DNA from: Chrysomallon squamiferum
Lineage: Eukaryota > Animalia > Mollusca
Reading direction: 5' to 3'
Assembly (NCBI GenBank): GCA_012295275.1
Contig: CM022676.1
Span: 13,020,001 to 13,084,000, forward strand
DNA length: 64,000 nt
Part shown: positions 1 through 20,394 of the stretch, piece after piece
Layout of the letters: every line of letters starts with the position of its first letter
Numbering within the stretch: the first letter of the stretch is position 1
Translations under genes and position numbers: made by a program
The notes under the pieces: model-generated
What the model was told of the DNA's origin: nothing
The model's database searches: none
The model's input: the letters and a program-made list of their open reading frames with translations, nothing else

Positions 1-640
1 GCAAAAAAGTCAAAACATCCGGAAGAAAAGACACTTTTTGAGTCGGTCAAGCAAAAGTAGACAAGACGGCTGTATAAGTTACAAGGGTGCTATCCGTTTA
101 CAAAGCAGTTGGCTAAGAAGGCAGGAATTACGGATTTAAAAGCCAGTCCGGTGCACGCTGTTCATGAAAAAGCATCATTTAGTTCACAAAAAAACAAAAC
201 CGCCCAGTGTTTACCCAGAGAGCTTGATGATAAAATAAATAAAGCCACAGATTTGGTTATCCGTCACAGAGAAAAATGCGCTTTGCTTTTGTATTGCGTA
301 ACATGGATGAAAACGCCAATGACGTTTGACATGCCATCGAATAACTGTTAACAAGATCGGGAGAAAACCATTTAGTGGAAAACGACAGGCCATGAAAGTC
401 AAAAATCACCGTTATTTTAGGCTGTATGCAGACGGAACAAAGTTTAAACCTATGGTAGTTTTCAAGCGCAAAACCATGCCAAAAGAAAATTTCCAGCGGC
501 GTATTAATACACCGCACATCCAAAAAGGGTGGTTGGATGCGGCCGGATGCAAGCTCTTGGTTAACCAAGTATGGAGCAATCCATTCAGATGGATTATGAA
601 AAGAAAAAGTCTTTGTTAGTATAGACATGTTCAAAGTTAA
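1..640 (+). mobile_element. Degenerate pogo-family (DDE_1) transposase fragment
   Basis: Frameshifted pieces TPMTFDMPSN / ADGTKFKPMVVFKRKTMPKE / KGWLD...VWS...KKSL match the pogo/POGK catalytic region. Confidence 0.85.
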
Positions 641-840
641 TACCCAGATTCCCGTAAAAGATTCGGCGCCCACCCCAGTTCTACGCTATTCATAAACTTC
701 GACGCACAAACATCGCCTGGAACACCACCGGCGCATTTTTGAACTGAAGTGGATGTTAAAGGAAAAGACGTTCACAAAGCAATGGCGAGAAATCAGCCAT
801 GCGAGCGGCGCGACGCCCGGCGCGCCAATCCCGGGCTTGT

Positions 841-1576
841 ATTTCTGACTGGGTAGACTCACAAACAAAGAAAATAATAAAAATACTGACAGCTGTAGAC
901 AACATGGCGGAATCTCGGAGAAGCTAAATAACTACAATGAACAACAAACCGGACCAGGAACAAGATAACAGAGTAAAAGATAGTTGCTAGCATGATAACG
1001 GGTTTTTCCTTCCCTTGTTTACTCAGTTACAGAACAGTGTAGTGTATCTGTGTGATAAAAATAAAACTTGTTTTAGATAAACTCGCGCATGACAAAGAGT
1101 ACGACAAAACAGATTAGAAAACAATAGAAAACTGGATACATTATACTGTATGTGTGTGTGTGTGTGAGACTATGTGTGTGCGTGAGAAAGACAGAGAGAA
1201 ACATAGAAAGAAAGATATTGTAAACACAAACACTAATACACCTCTCTCTGTTTCTTTTCTCTCTCTCTTTCTGTCTGTCTGTGTGTGTGTGCGTGTGTGT
1301 GTGTTTATTCTTTAATCTACTTACTTAATATTTCTGACTGGGTAGGTGACATACACAAGAAGAAAATAATAAAAATATCAACAGCTGTAGACAACATTTA
1401 TGTATAAATAACTTGGACCAGACCCAGAAGAAGATAACAAGTAAAAGATTAAAAGAGTAAAAGTGTAAAAGATTGTTGTTAGGATCGTATCAGGTTTTTC
1501 CTTCCCTTGTTTACTCAGTTATAGAACAGTGTGGTGTTTCTGTGTGATAAAAATAAAACTTGTTTTAGATAAACTC
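841..1576. repeat. Pair of ~245 bp direct repeats (841-1085, 1330-1576) separated by a TG/AG microsatellite tract
   Basis: Shared atttctgactgggtag...cagctgtagacaacat...ttcccttgtttactcagtta...aataaaacttgttttagataaactc. Confidence 0.85.
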
Positions 1577-2230
1577 CCGAGAGAGAGAGAGAGAGACAGA
1601 GAGAGAGAGAGACAGAGAGAAAGAGCGAGAGAGAGAGAGAGAGAGAAATAAATAAAACAGGCAGAGACAGATATATGTATATTTGTCTGTGTTTAGTTTT
1701 GGTAATGTTTAGTCATTTATATACAGATAAATTTACTGAACAGAGGTATTTCACATTTCACTGCGCATGTGCGCGTTGCTGGGTAATTCGAGGACGAAGA
1801 TCGCGAGATCTCGCCAAAATAGAAATCGGTTACAAAATAAATGGTTTATTTAAAGAGTTTTCTTAAGCATAAAGTATGTATACTTGTGAGTGTTTGTGCT
1901 AATTACACCTAACAATAACTGTAATTAGACAAGATACTGGTTTTAACCTATAAGGAAATACGTTGCTCACATTTCCTTCATAAAGAAAAGATTTAACTAA
2001 TCATGTTACTGTAGTTTTGTTTGTTGAACAGACTATGCGGCCATGTTGTCAGAGTTCAATCAGAGATGTGTCTGCAACAAAGTAAATACTCTGACTGTAA
2101 ATGACATCACTACAAAGACTTGCTGAACAAACAAGTTATTGCAAATGTTTGTAGTAATCTGTGGGTGATGGACCCCTGCTACCCTTGATCTGGACTTGAA
2201 TTGTTTTCAGAGGTGATTTTTCAATTGTAC

Positions 2231-2437
2231 TGTCTGTGTGTGTGTGTGTGTTTCTGTCTGTGTATGTGTGGGTGTCTGTATCTGTGTGTGTCTGTGTGTG
2301 TGTGTATGTGTGTGTGTGCTGTGTGTGTGTGTGTGTGTGTGTATGTGTGTGTCTGTGTGTGTGTGTCTGTGTGTGTCTGTGAGTGTGTGTGAGTGTATGT
2401 GTGTGTCTGTGTGAGTATGTGTCTGTGTGTCTGTGTG
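2231..2437. repeat. Imperfect (TG)n microsatellite
   Basis: Direct reading. Confidence 0.95.
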
Positions 2438-2509
2438 AATAAGCAAACAGGCTCCCATTATTGTAGGTGGGAGATGACAGGCTGGATAACAGAATTTATG
2501 TTAATATTA

Positions 2510-2553
<44 letters not shown>

Positions 2554-2943
2554 CATACATAATATTAACATAAATTCTGTTATGTTAATAGATACATGTA
2601 TATGTACACTCACATATACAGAATATACTGAGACGCACAAATACGTCCTCATTTTGACATGGGTGTATTTACAATATTTATACATGCATGTGTTTCCAGT
2701 AAACAAATTAAATATATCCATCCGAGAAATATTTATAACTTTTCAAACTTTTAAACGCTCGTATGGAATGCCTCTAAAATGTTTTATTTGTACTTTTTAC
2801 AAAACAGCCTTTCAATCTGACGTCATCAAAACACTTGGGTACGAGTTGCACAGACTTTGACAAGTTGTTGCACTGCTTTTTAGTTTGAACCTTTCCACTG
2901 TAAATTTCAGTGAACCGTTTTCTACAGACATTCTACCATATAA

Positions 2944-3372
2944 TTAGAAATACATACATGTTAGAAATACGTACATGTTAGAAATACGTACATGTTAGAA
3001 ATACGTACATGTTAGAAATATGTACATGTTAGAAATGTGTACATGTTAGAAATACGTACATGTTAGAAATACGTACATGTTAGAAATACGTACATGTTAG
3101 AAATACGTACATGTTAGAAATATGTACATGTTAGAGATATGTACATGTTAGAAATACGTACGTGTTAGAAATCTGTACATTTTAGAAATGTGTACATGTT
3201 AGAAATATGTACGTGTTAGAAATGTGTACATGTTAGAAATATGTACATGTTAGAAACACGTACGTTTTAGAAATACGTACGTGTTAGAAATACGTACATG
3301 TTAGAAATATGTACATGTTAGAAATACATACATGTTAGAAATATGTACATGTTAGAAATATGTACGTGTTAG
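2944..3372. repeat. 17-bp minisatellite (gttagaaatacgtacat), ~25 units
   Basis: Tandem units with point variants. Confidence 0.95.
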
Positions 3373-3665
3373 CTGTCAAAGTTTAAAGTCTTCTACGAAG
3401 CTATTCATGTCGCCCATAACAACCTGTCTGTCTCGACCTCAATTTGTAAATAGACTACTTTCAGTCTAGCTTGTCAAGGGACGTTACTCCTCTGTTGTTG
3501 TAAAAATGATGTCTGTCATTTGAAAAGTATTACACATATGAAGTGTCTTTATTTCTTTAGATACAAGCTTTTCTTATTTTCTTTATTAATTAAAAAAAGC
3601 AGAAAGTTATATCATTCTAAATTTTATTGTTTTCATACAATTTATTACAATTTCTGAGTAACATC

Positions 3666-3730
<65 letters not shown>

Positions 3731-4613
3731 TATAACAATTAAAATAAATTAACATAATTTCAATGTTTGAAGGTTTAGTTCAGTATACAAATTAACAAAA
3801 CATAATTTAACAAGTAAATGGTATAATTTCAATATCAAAATTTTGAGACATTTCAATAAAAATGTTTAGAACCGCATCTCAAATGATATAATTTTCTGAG
3901 GATACATATTGGAAGTAATTTCTTACAGGAGAAAGGCATGACAGGATGTAGTTAGCAACTATTAAAACTTAAATAGGTCTTTTATGTTGAATTAGTAGAG
4001 TGAAGAGAAATTGTTGATATCATTTATAAATTTCTTTTTATTTCTGTGAATGTAGAAAATTATTTTATAAATGTTAAGCTGTATTTTCTCGTACATATTT
4101 GTCATCCAGAACGAAATAAACATCGTGTCAGTGTTTGTTTTGAGTTACCTTCATTAAATAACAAATGCGCATAATAATAATAATAAAAAACAACAACCAT
4201 GATGTCACATGGTGAAGGTTTTGTTTACGGTTTTTTCTACACCTAGGAAATAAAGCAATGCTTCCTACTCACATGTTTGAGGTAAGTTTAAACAATTAAC
4301 ATAACTATACAGCTAAAAGTTCTGTTTTTCATAAGGAGATTTTTAGACATACATAAACAACCTCGTATCTCCAAAGTTTCACAATGAATTTCACTCACAA
4401 ACTGAACAAAACGTTGCCGTCTGCTGACATTCAGAACACTGTCATACAATTAGGCCACGCCCACTTCAGTCTATTTTTATAGAACTCACTTACACGTTCT
4501 GTGTCAAAACCCATACCGCGTTAAAAAGATAAGAATGTTTCAGTATACACATACTAACTACAAACAAACAAAAACACGCAATATATAATGAATGTAACAT
4601 TTATATTTTAGTC

Positions 4614-4689
<76 letters not shown>

Positions 4690-4983
4690 ACGTTCAGTCT
4701 CTGTCAGTAACAACAAGAAAAACATCTTTATTTCTGCACAACGCGAGATTGTTGCTTATCTGCGTCAAAACTGACACCACGAGGATACATCTTCATCTTC
4801 CAGAACGAAATAAACATTTCCATCATTTTGAGAGAAATTCAGTTCTTCATCTACGTTCTCACAGTTGATGTCGTCTGCTTTTAATGAATACTGAGATGAA
4901 TTTACGTCAGTGTGGTTATATAAACTGGAATCACAGAAGTTTGGAACAACGGCTTCTGTTGTGTCGTAGTCGTCGACGTTTGT

Positions 4984-10862
<5,879 letters not shown>

Positions 10863-11155
10863 CTACGTATTAGAAAATATACTGAGCAAAATTTGTTAAG
10901 GATATCATAACGAGTGACCAACTTTTAGTTATTAGCTAGTTCGATAAAATTTGAACCAAAATGTTGTTGTATTTAAAATGTTCTGTTAGCTTTAAAGGAG
11001 TATATACGGCGTTGTATAATATTATATATACATCACATAAACTTGTTGTCTCAAATCTTTTCACCCATAGAGAGATTACACATATTAAACTTATTATGGA
11101 CACCTTAATATTAACTTAAAATACGTCAGTTTATTTATTCTTTGTCCTGCTTTTG

Positions 11156-11202
<47 letters not shown>

Positions 11203-11248
11203 ATATATATACATATACATATACATATACATACATATATATATATAT

Positions 11249-11448
11249 NNNNNNNNNNNNNNNNNNNNNNNNNNNNNNNNNNNNNNNNNNNNNNNNNNNN
11301 NNNNNNNNNNNNNNNNNNNNNNNNNNNNNNNNNNNNNNNNNNNNNNNNNNNNNNNNNNNNNNNNNNNNNNNNNNNNNNNNNNNNNNNNNNNNNNNNNNNN
11401 NNNNNNNNNNNNNNNNNNNNNNNNNNNNNNNNNNNNNNNNNNNNNNNN
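11249..11448. other. Assembly gap (200 N)
   Basis: Run of n; 5' ends of the lectin gene and Ig gene A both point into it. Confidence 1.
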
Positions 11449-11469
11449 GTCCAATTTGTTTTGTTTTAG

Positions 11470-11730
11470 ATGGTCCAGACTCTGTTACACTCACTTTAAC
11501 ATCACCTGTTGAAGTGGTAGAAGGACACAGTCTCAGTGTTGACTGTGTTGCTGTGTGTAAGCCAAGCTGTTCCTACTCGTGGAAGCTGGGAAATGATGAA
11601 CTCACATCAAACTCTCAACTGAGACTGACAAACATCAGCAGGAATGAAGCAGAAAATGTTTACACGTGTACAGTGACAAACTCTGAAACAAAACAGTCTG
11701 AAAGTAACAGTTTAACACTGACTGTCTACT
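11470..11730 (+). CDS. Gene A Ig (C2/I-type) exon 1
   Basis: GPDSV...VDCVAVCKPSCSYSW...LRLTNI...VYTCTVTN; 261 nt. Confidence 0.9.
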
Positions 11731-14559
11731 GTGAGTCACTCAGATTTTTCTTTGATATTATTTATGTCAAGTTAACGATTTCATTTACAGCATTTACATT
11801 AGGATAATTCCAAAACTAAATAGTCTAAAACTGACATTCGGCGCTTACAGTGAGTTATTCAGTATTTAGTTAATAATATTATGTAATTTATATCAAATTA
11901 AAATATTTTTTTATGAATTTACAGTAACAAACTTTAAAACAAAACATGAACAAAAAATCAGTGGAAATTGACAGTTTACTGCGATTCATTCAATTCTTAC
12001 TTGCGAAATAATTAATATTATCTCATATTAACTACTGATTTAAAGGCATGTTATTTTCAGTATTTTCTTGTTGCAAATTTCAGTATACAATTTAATTAAT
12101 AAGATTAAACCATAATAATGACAATCCATTCTGTCAGATTTATAATTTCATATTTTCTGCTTCTTTGTAATTAAGGATTCTAGTATCATTCTTCACAAAG
12201 TAAACTATGTATGACTTGACGGAACCTCATTAGTGCCTCTTTGCCAGGCTTATTTTTAATCATAATTTTGTATTCTTATTTTGATATGGCCATTTCAAGC
12301 AGAATCACTGCTACATTTTATATTCAGTATATAATTATATTGCAGTTCTTATATTAAGCTGTAGTATATAATCATGTTTATAAATTCATATTTTCACGGT
12401 TCTTCGATGTTTACCTAATTAATATCGGAATATGGGGGCAACTACACAACAGTTAAATATCAGAGAGTATGCAGACGTCAGTGGGCTGTTTAGAAACTGT
12501 ATTGTATAATTAGGAGAAGTTCCGATATTTTATAAACTAAGAAACACTGGGATTAACAAACGGAAAGTAAGCATTTAAAGTTGCAAAGTAAATTCAGAAG
12601 GCTATTTGCAGGCTCAAGACAAAGGATCACTCAGGTAGTGGTAATTATTGTTTAAATGTTGTTGTTTTTTTTATGTAACAGACATGTTGACTGATAGAAG
12701 ATGGCCAAGTATATTTCTGTTGGATATTGTATTGTGTTATTCTGTGGTACTTACTTACGCTTGAAAACTAAGTAAAAAACTAAGATAACGTATTTTAATA
12801 ACTAAAAGCTTAATTAGAAAGTTAGAATAAGCAACTGGGCTCAATTATATCAACGCTATTTGCTTTTTTATCGTGAGAATCATACGATTAAATTATATGT
12901 TACCGTTGATGCTTAATTTATGTGAAATATATATAACTCAATTTGCTCGTATATGAAATCAATTTTTCCAACTGAAATTATTTGAAATACCATTAATCCG
13001 TTACACACCCCCTAAAAAAAATGGTATCCTCCTAAAAGTTATATGTTCAATAATCATACAGGTAATAGTCGTACAATCTGGAAAGCAGTAAGTAAGCTGG
13101 GCACCCCTGTTTTGTGAATAATCAACTAGTCTTGGCGGTGGGCAGCATGTGTTCATGGTTACTCAGTTACATGGAGATGTTTCTCTTAAATAGAAGATCT
13201 TTGAAGAAGACATGTTTACACAGTGAATCCGCAGGACTGCCAGACTAACTGTAATACCACAAGACAAAATTCAGGACGCATGGATTGAAGCCATGGACTC
13301 GACACCAAATGTTCCTCGTGCCCAAGAGTTCAGTGACTACGTGGTCGACAGCTGGATTGAAGATGATGCTCTGGAAAAACCATGAGACCAATGGGCCACG
13401 CACTAACAACAATCTGCATCAACTGCAGCAGAGAGACAAGACGCCCCTTCAATTCTTAGATGTTGTAGGCCGCTGGTTTTCATACCGCGACCCTTTCTGA
13501 GCAACTCAATAAGACCGATGACCCCCTTTAAAAATTTTGATTCAGTTATATCTAGGGTTACCATATTTTTATCAACCAAAGACAGTACAAAAGAAATCTA
13601 TATTCACGTTTTTATTTATTCCTCTTTCCAAGTCAAGTTGAAAAAAGCTAATATATACTCTCACTCAGGAACGATCTCGCGACCCCCAGAGAAAAGGCTG
13701 GAGACCTCTCTGATGGTCGCGACCCCCAGGTTGAAAACCTATGCTGTAGGCTATCTACTGAAACCTAAGTGATCAAGTTATCTGGATGAAATAAAATAAT
13801 TATTTACCTTTCTTTCATTTATTGCCGGTAGACAAAAATATATACAACTATGTGGGATCACACCATTTTTATCTGGGTAACGGGCAGATGATTAAGTGAG
13901 CACCAAACCTTGACCTGTGCTGTTATAAACTGTATGACAAATAAGCATATGACCCAACAGGTTTTTTTGTAACGTGCTTTTAAATAAGAAAAAATGTATT
14001 TATAAATGACAAATATTGTCAAACAAAAAAAAACAAACGAAAAGAGAATGTAAACAAATAAATTGGTTTTGTAAAGTGTACTTATCTTCGACATTAGACA
14101 AATTATTTTGACGCCTTTGGCTGGAGATACAGGCTTTATCGACTCCTTCATGGTACATATCATAGAAGTACTACGCTCGTACTGCCTAGCCAAGTCGACT
14201 ATATGTACACCTAGCTCATGTTTTTCTATGAATTCAAGACTTAATTCAAGGGACATCATCCGTTTTGTCTTCTCTGTACTGTCCTTTGCACTCACTTTCC
14301 TAGGAGCCATAGTCTGAAAAAAGACATTTGGCAAAGTACAGCACAAAACACGAGCACAACACAACAGAGATGCTTCCGCGGTGAGGTAACCACGTGAAGT
14401 AAACAAGTGAGACGCGGGATCCTGAGCGGATGTTGTGTTTTTCGTTGCGCCAACTAGCGGCCGCATATCTTAAACTCACTTTAACTCGAATTTTCGCTCG
14501 CAACTCGAAGCAAAATATCGATAGGGCGGCTGCTCGTAATTCGGAGCACTAGTAAGTCG

Positions 14560-14617
<58 letters not shown>

Positions 14618-17600
14618 ATATATATATATATATATTCGGTAACATATAATTTAATTGTACGATTCTCAAAATACAAAGGCAAATAGCTTTGATAAATAAT
14701 ACTATTTTAATTCATATTCAATTCGTGTTTCCGTTATTATTCTCTAATGGATACAGACCTGTCATTTAATAGTTCAAGATGTCTCAGATCATTAACATCT
14801 TATCACTTGACGCTATTAAAATCGCTACGCTATAGCCGGACGAGCCAATATTATAAATAAAACCAGTACGTATATTTAAAATAATAAACTACACAGGACG
14901 AATATGGAGAAGAAAACACAACAGCAGCAAAGAAACATTCAATTCAGAGTAACAAAAAGTTGGAGATTTTATGATGGAAATGTTACTCATATAAAACAGA
15001 CGCTTTCAAACACTCATAAAAGCAGTGTAAAGATGACAGCTGTCAGAAGTAATTCTCTTTTATCTTAATTACTAACGTATCAGATGCTTGTAAGAGTTTC
15101 TACTGAAACCAAACATAAGACATGGATTTAATAATTTTGTAACGTAAAGTGTAATTTAGTTTCGACATTTCTCAATTTTGTTTCAAATAAAATTATTTTC
15201 CAGATCCTCCCAGTTCATCTCCAGTTGTTTCAGGAACAACATTTCCTGTGTTTGAGGGTGACACTGTCACACTGAACTGTTCTATAACTGGTGGAAACCC
15301 AAAACCAAATCTGAACTGGACATGTTATAATCCTGTACACTGCTCTCACAGAGAAGAAACCAGAACGTGTACAATATCTTTCATAGCTAACAGGACTCAG
15401 AATAACAAAGTCTGTGAGTGTGTTTCTAGTTGGAAGTATGGCGACTACAACAAGAGGAAAAGTTTAATCATGTTTATTCACTGTAAGTAATTCTTATATT
15501 GCTTGTAACTAATACACACGATTTTTCTGTTTCTGTTATAGATTATGAATTTGATATCTCAGATATTTATTGTAGACCTAAATAGTTTAGGAAAAGTAGG
15601 TTTCAGTTTTTCACGAAAGATGGGTGAAAACATCCACTGGAAATTGAACAAAGATTCGCAGTGTGTCATATTTTTCATATTTCCATTTGAACCTGAACAT
15701 AACTTTTAAAATACTCATGGGTTAAAACAATAAATCTTGCAAAATAGAAGTTAGCACACACATTTTTGTGTATAGCGTTTTATAGACATTAACATGAAAT
15801 TAATAATAATATATACATCTCGAAAAAAACCAACAAAAAAACCCAGATGTAATTATATTTCTTGTTTATATGAGAAAATGTGAAAGAAAAGTGAAGAGAA
15901 GAGAAAACAAATCCCCACTTACCAAAATTAAAACGAGAATGTTTTAAACAGATCCTCCAAACAGACCAACACTTTCATCAGATCCTGAGCAGCCATGGCT
16001 AGAAAACACAGGAGGCTCTTTGATTTGTTCTTTACCCGACAGTGGTAAAGGAAATCCAGCAGCTCAGTTTTACTGGATTAGAAATGGAACAAACATACAA
16101 CACACAGGATCTAAATTGTCACTGACACCTACAAAGGAAGACAATGGAGTCTGGTACAAATGTTCAGCTGGGAATCTCTTCACAGACAGAACTGGACAAC
16201 AGAGACCTGAATCTAATTCTCTTCATACGAATGTATATTGTATGTTGTTCAACTGTTTTGTATGTTGTTGTTGTTGTGCTGGTGGTGGCTGTGTTTTTCA
16301 TTGCATTATTATTTTCACATTAAGTAAATAAGTAAATAATGTTGACATAATTACGAAGATATTTTAAAAAATATTTGAATATTTTCTTTTGACATGCTGA
16401 TGTCATCCTTATAGATAATAAACAGAAATAAACATATTATTTCATCTGCCTTTCATAACTGTACATTTCTCCACAATGTATGTTAAGTGTAGTTTTCTGT
16501 GGAATAATGCAATCTATGATTTCTGTTTTCTGTTTCCTCTTAGTTTAAAGTGTTTTTTGTATGTTTGCTTTTATTTTATTACATATAATTTTTTTGTTCA
16601 ATCTCTGTAGATGCACCCAGAGTGAGAATTTTATCAGAGAGTCACATCAGAGTTGAACTGGGAAAACTTGTGGTACTACGCTGTACAGCTGACAGTAATC
16701 CAGACAGTGTTGTATTTGAATGGCGAACTGGTACAAAACACCTCACTGACAGTTCTGTGTTTCAAATCTCCTCATTTCAACAGTCAGACCAAGGAGAGTA
16801 CACGTGTTCAGCAACTTCAAAAACTTCTTTTAACACTTCAATGTCAGGATCTGCCAGTGTCATTGTTACAGGTAACTTTTTCCTTTTCGTGTAACATATT
16901 TTACCAAATACCATTACACTTTTTACATCTGTGTCAGAATTAGCCAGTGTCATCCTTTATATGTAGACTTTATTAAAGTGTATATACAGGTAGCGGACCG
17001 ATTATCCGGCGTCCTGAAATTCAGAAATACCAGTAAACTGGAGGTTTTATCCTGACGCTATTTTCACACTTCACGCGCACGGGTTTTGTACTCACCAGAC
17101 CGGAACTACTCTTTCAAGCCGCGTGGCGTTCATTCACCCGCTGCATTTTTTGACGTGTCGAGTCGCCACAGTTGTATATCGTCAGTTTTCTTTATGATTT
17201 TAATTTTATAAATGTTTATACCTAATTATTTACGTATTTAGATGCCTCGATATAGACATACGTAAGTGACTGAACTTAAAGCTCCAAGAATAATCTAAAG
17301 ATACATAAACATCATTAACATGTCTGAGGTTCATTTCTCTTTGTTTAGACATAAATTATTGATAAATTCCTGCAAGACACTTGGGACATTAATATATGGT
17401 AAACACTGTAACTGGTTCTTTCTTAAGGAACACAGGACAGTAATGGTCAGCCAGTATTTGTCAGAGCGTGAGATGTCATCAGTGTGACTGTGGTGAAAGC
17501 TAGTTCAAGAGGGAAGAAAGAAATACGTTTAGGCCAATTCTCTGCTGAATAGCTACGCTATTATTATCTATAATGTTTTACTATAATTTCCTATTATGTT

Positions 17601-20348
17601 GTACAGTCAGACAGAGAAATTAAAAATGCATGTATAATCGAAATCGAACTTATGTACTTTGGTATAGATATATAAACGCAAACGTGTGTGTGTGTGTGTG
17701 TGCCATTCCTCATATAATATTTAAATGTGTTGCTGTTGATATTGAAACACAACAGAAATAATTGTTTACGTTTTAGTTCTTGAATCAGCTCCTGAATGGT
17801 GTTACTGCACAAATGTGTTAGAAACTTCAGTAGATCTCAAGTGGAAGTACAACACAAAGAAGTTCACTAGATTCACAGTTGAACAACATATGTCTACTGA
17901 AGACCAGTCTATCAGTCTGCAAGTGTCAGACAATAAGACACAAGTCAAGACTTTTTCTTTACACATTTCTCATCTCAAGTCCAATTCTTCCTACCGCTTT
18001 AAAATTTACTCTTCTGCAAATAAAAATGACAGCCGTTACTGTTTGACTGTTTGTACAACAGGAACAATACCTGTTCGTAAAAGTAAAGTAATATATACAG
18101 TTTTCGATTCTTCATTTAATGGTTGTTTTACAATACTTGTATAAAGGTATAAGGTGAATCTTACATTGTCCAAACTGTTTACATTATTGAATGAAAGATC
18201 TTTAGAAGAAAGAATAATAATATAACAAATATTAAATAAAATTAAACGTAAATGAAGATAATTGATTTATGTAGTTGAATCGTTATTATAATTACTGTAG
18301 AAGAATCTTCGTCCAAGGCAACACTGGGAACTGGAATTGGAACTGGAATTGGAATTGGAATTGGAATTGGTCTTGTAGTAGGAATAATTCTGATCTGCGT
18401 TATTGAAACAATTATTCTACTAATCTTGAAGAGAAGAGGTTACACAATCCGAGGTCAGCTAAATTTTAAACTCATTCATTAGTTAGTGTTTTATTCTTTT
18501 GAATATTTCATATTTATTTTATTTAATTGTTTATTTTAAAATTATCTTTCTTTCGCATTTTTGTTTTGTTTCACACTTGTCTATCTGTTTAATTTTATAT
18601 ATACATACATATATCTTAAAAAAAAGAATTATGGATATATATATATATATATATATATTCTTCTTTTTTACATTATTTGTATATATGTTGTTTTCTTTCA
18701 TTGCTTGTTTAAAATAAATTCAAATTATTTCGAGGCAACAACATTTATTTAGATTGTAAATTAGAATTTTAAAATATGTATTTCAGGTTCAGACAGCAAG
18801 AATGACAATGAAATGGTTACGTGAGTACTGCGTTGAAATGTTTCTAAATACTACTATGATAACAGCTATTCAGTGCCTGTTTTCTAAATTACCTGCAGAC
18901 CTTGTTTTGACATAGACACTAGTATGTATAACGTGCATAACTATATCATATCATTACTTATGTTTAAAGTAAGTTTTGCTGAAAAATTGTATCAGGAATG
19001 AAAATATATTAACTACTAATAAAATGTTTACATTGTTGCATAACCGAAAAAAATGAGTCTGCTAAGTTTGTGATAAGATAGTAGTATTTTATTTATTTAA
19101 TTTTTGTTGTTGTTCTTCTGTTTCACAGATATCAAGATGTGTCTATGGATTCGGCTCAGGAAACTGCTGTTCGTTCAGGTAACATTAGATAGCGAATGTT
19201 TTTAATATCTTTATTTGATCCTAATTTTATTAGTAAACTTTTCTTTCCAAAAAAGCTGTCTTTTATTATTTAGAACGATTCAAATTGAACTAGATCTTGA
19301 AACACAAATCAAGATGGTTGCGGAAATTTAAAATCAGATGCGTGTTTTCCATACACTAACGAACATTATATTCAGACTCATGCACGCAGAGAGACAGAGA
19401 GTTACTCATTGTCAGGCATACACACATTTTATTCACTTCGTGAAGAGCATGAATCAGTAAAAATAATGCAAGGACTTACAGGTGACATACAGACTGCCTA
19501 CGCCAAAGTCAAAGCCATTCGTTATCAACAGACACTTTGTGGAATATAAATCGTCGGTCTACTTTGTCATACAGAACTTTGTTGAAATATTCGGTTCTGT
19601 GACGAAATAGAAGTTTCCCTGAATAGAGAGATTGATATAATTTCTCCAGGGAAAGTGACTGGCATATCTTATTAGTTATTGTGTTGTTCTTCTTCCGCCT
19701 GTTATCAACTGGGTTTTAAATGATTAAATATTCTATAGTTTTAAATTTCTACACTCGACAAAATAACATATGAAACACAATAATGTATTAAAAAAAATGT
19801 CTTTCATTTTGTGTTCTTAAACTGAAATTTCAACCAAGACCGAAAGAATATTATTAGATTTGTTTTATATACGACAGAGTTTTAAATTAAAAGAAACTGC
19901 AATGAATTAAATGAATTAAATATAAGCGCCTAAATATCTTTCTCAATTTTGGTAACAATTTCTGTAATAAACATTTTGTAGAAAATATAACTGAATTCAA
20001 AAAAAAAAAAAAAGTTTTGTGAAATGCATACAAAGAGTTTATGAAAATATTAATTAATTTATAGAACATTCTCAAATACCTACAACTCAGTACGAGTGTC
20101 TACAATCACGTGATGCACCTGCGTATGAAAAGTTGAAGGTGTCCGATAACAGACCGAGTTCAGGTAATAACATTTATTTAGAATTATTCACTTTTATTTA
20201 TCATATTAAATTTTATCCAACTACGACTAGAATTGGCAATAAATTATTACTGTGTTGAAATGTGTATTAGTAAAGACAATCTCAAATGATTTTATTCCCT
20301 ATTCGTTATCAGCAGTCGTATACACCAATAGTGAATACTAATAATGAC

Positions 20349-20394
<46 letters not shown>

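Noticed and set aside
2201-2860. ORFs rich in CV/HT/YI
   Set aside because: Translations of TG/TA microsatellites
2944-3372. CRISPR-like regular repeat
   Set aside because: No unique spacers; eukaryotic tandem minisatellite
11131-11512. ORFs containing X
   Set aside because: They span the N gap
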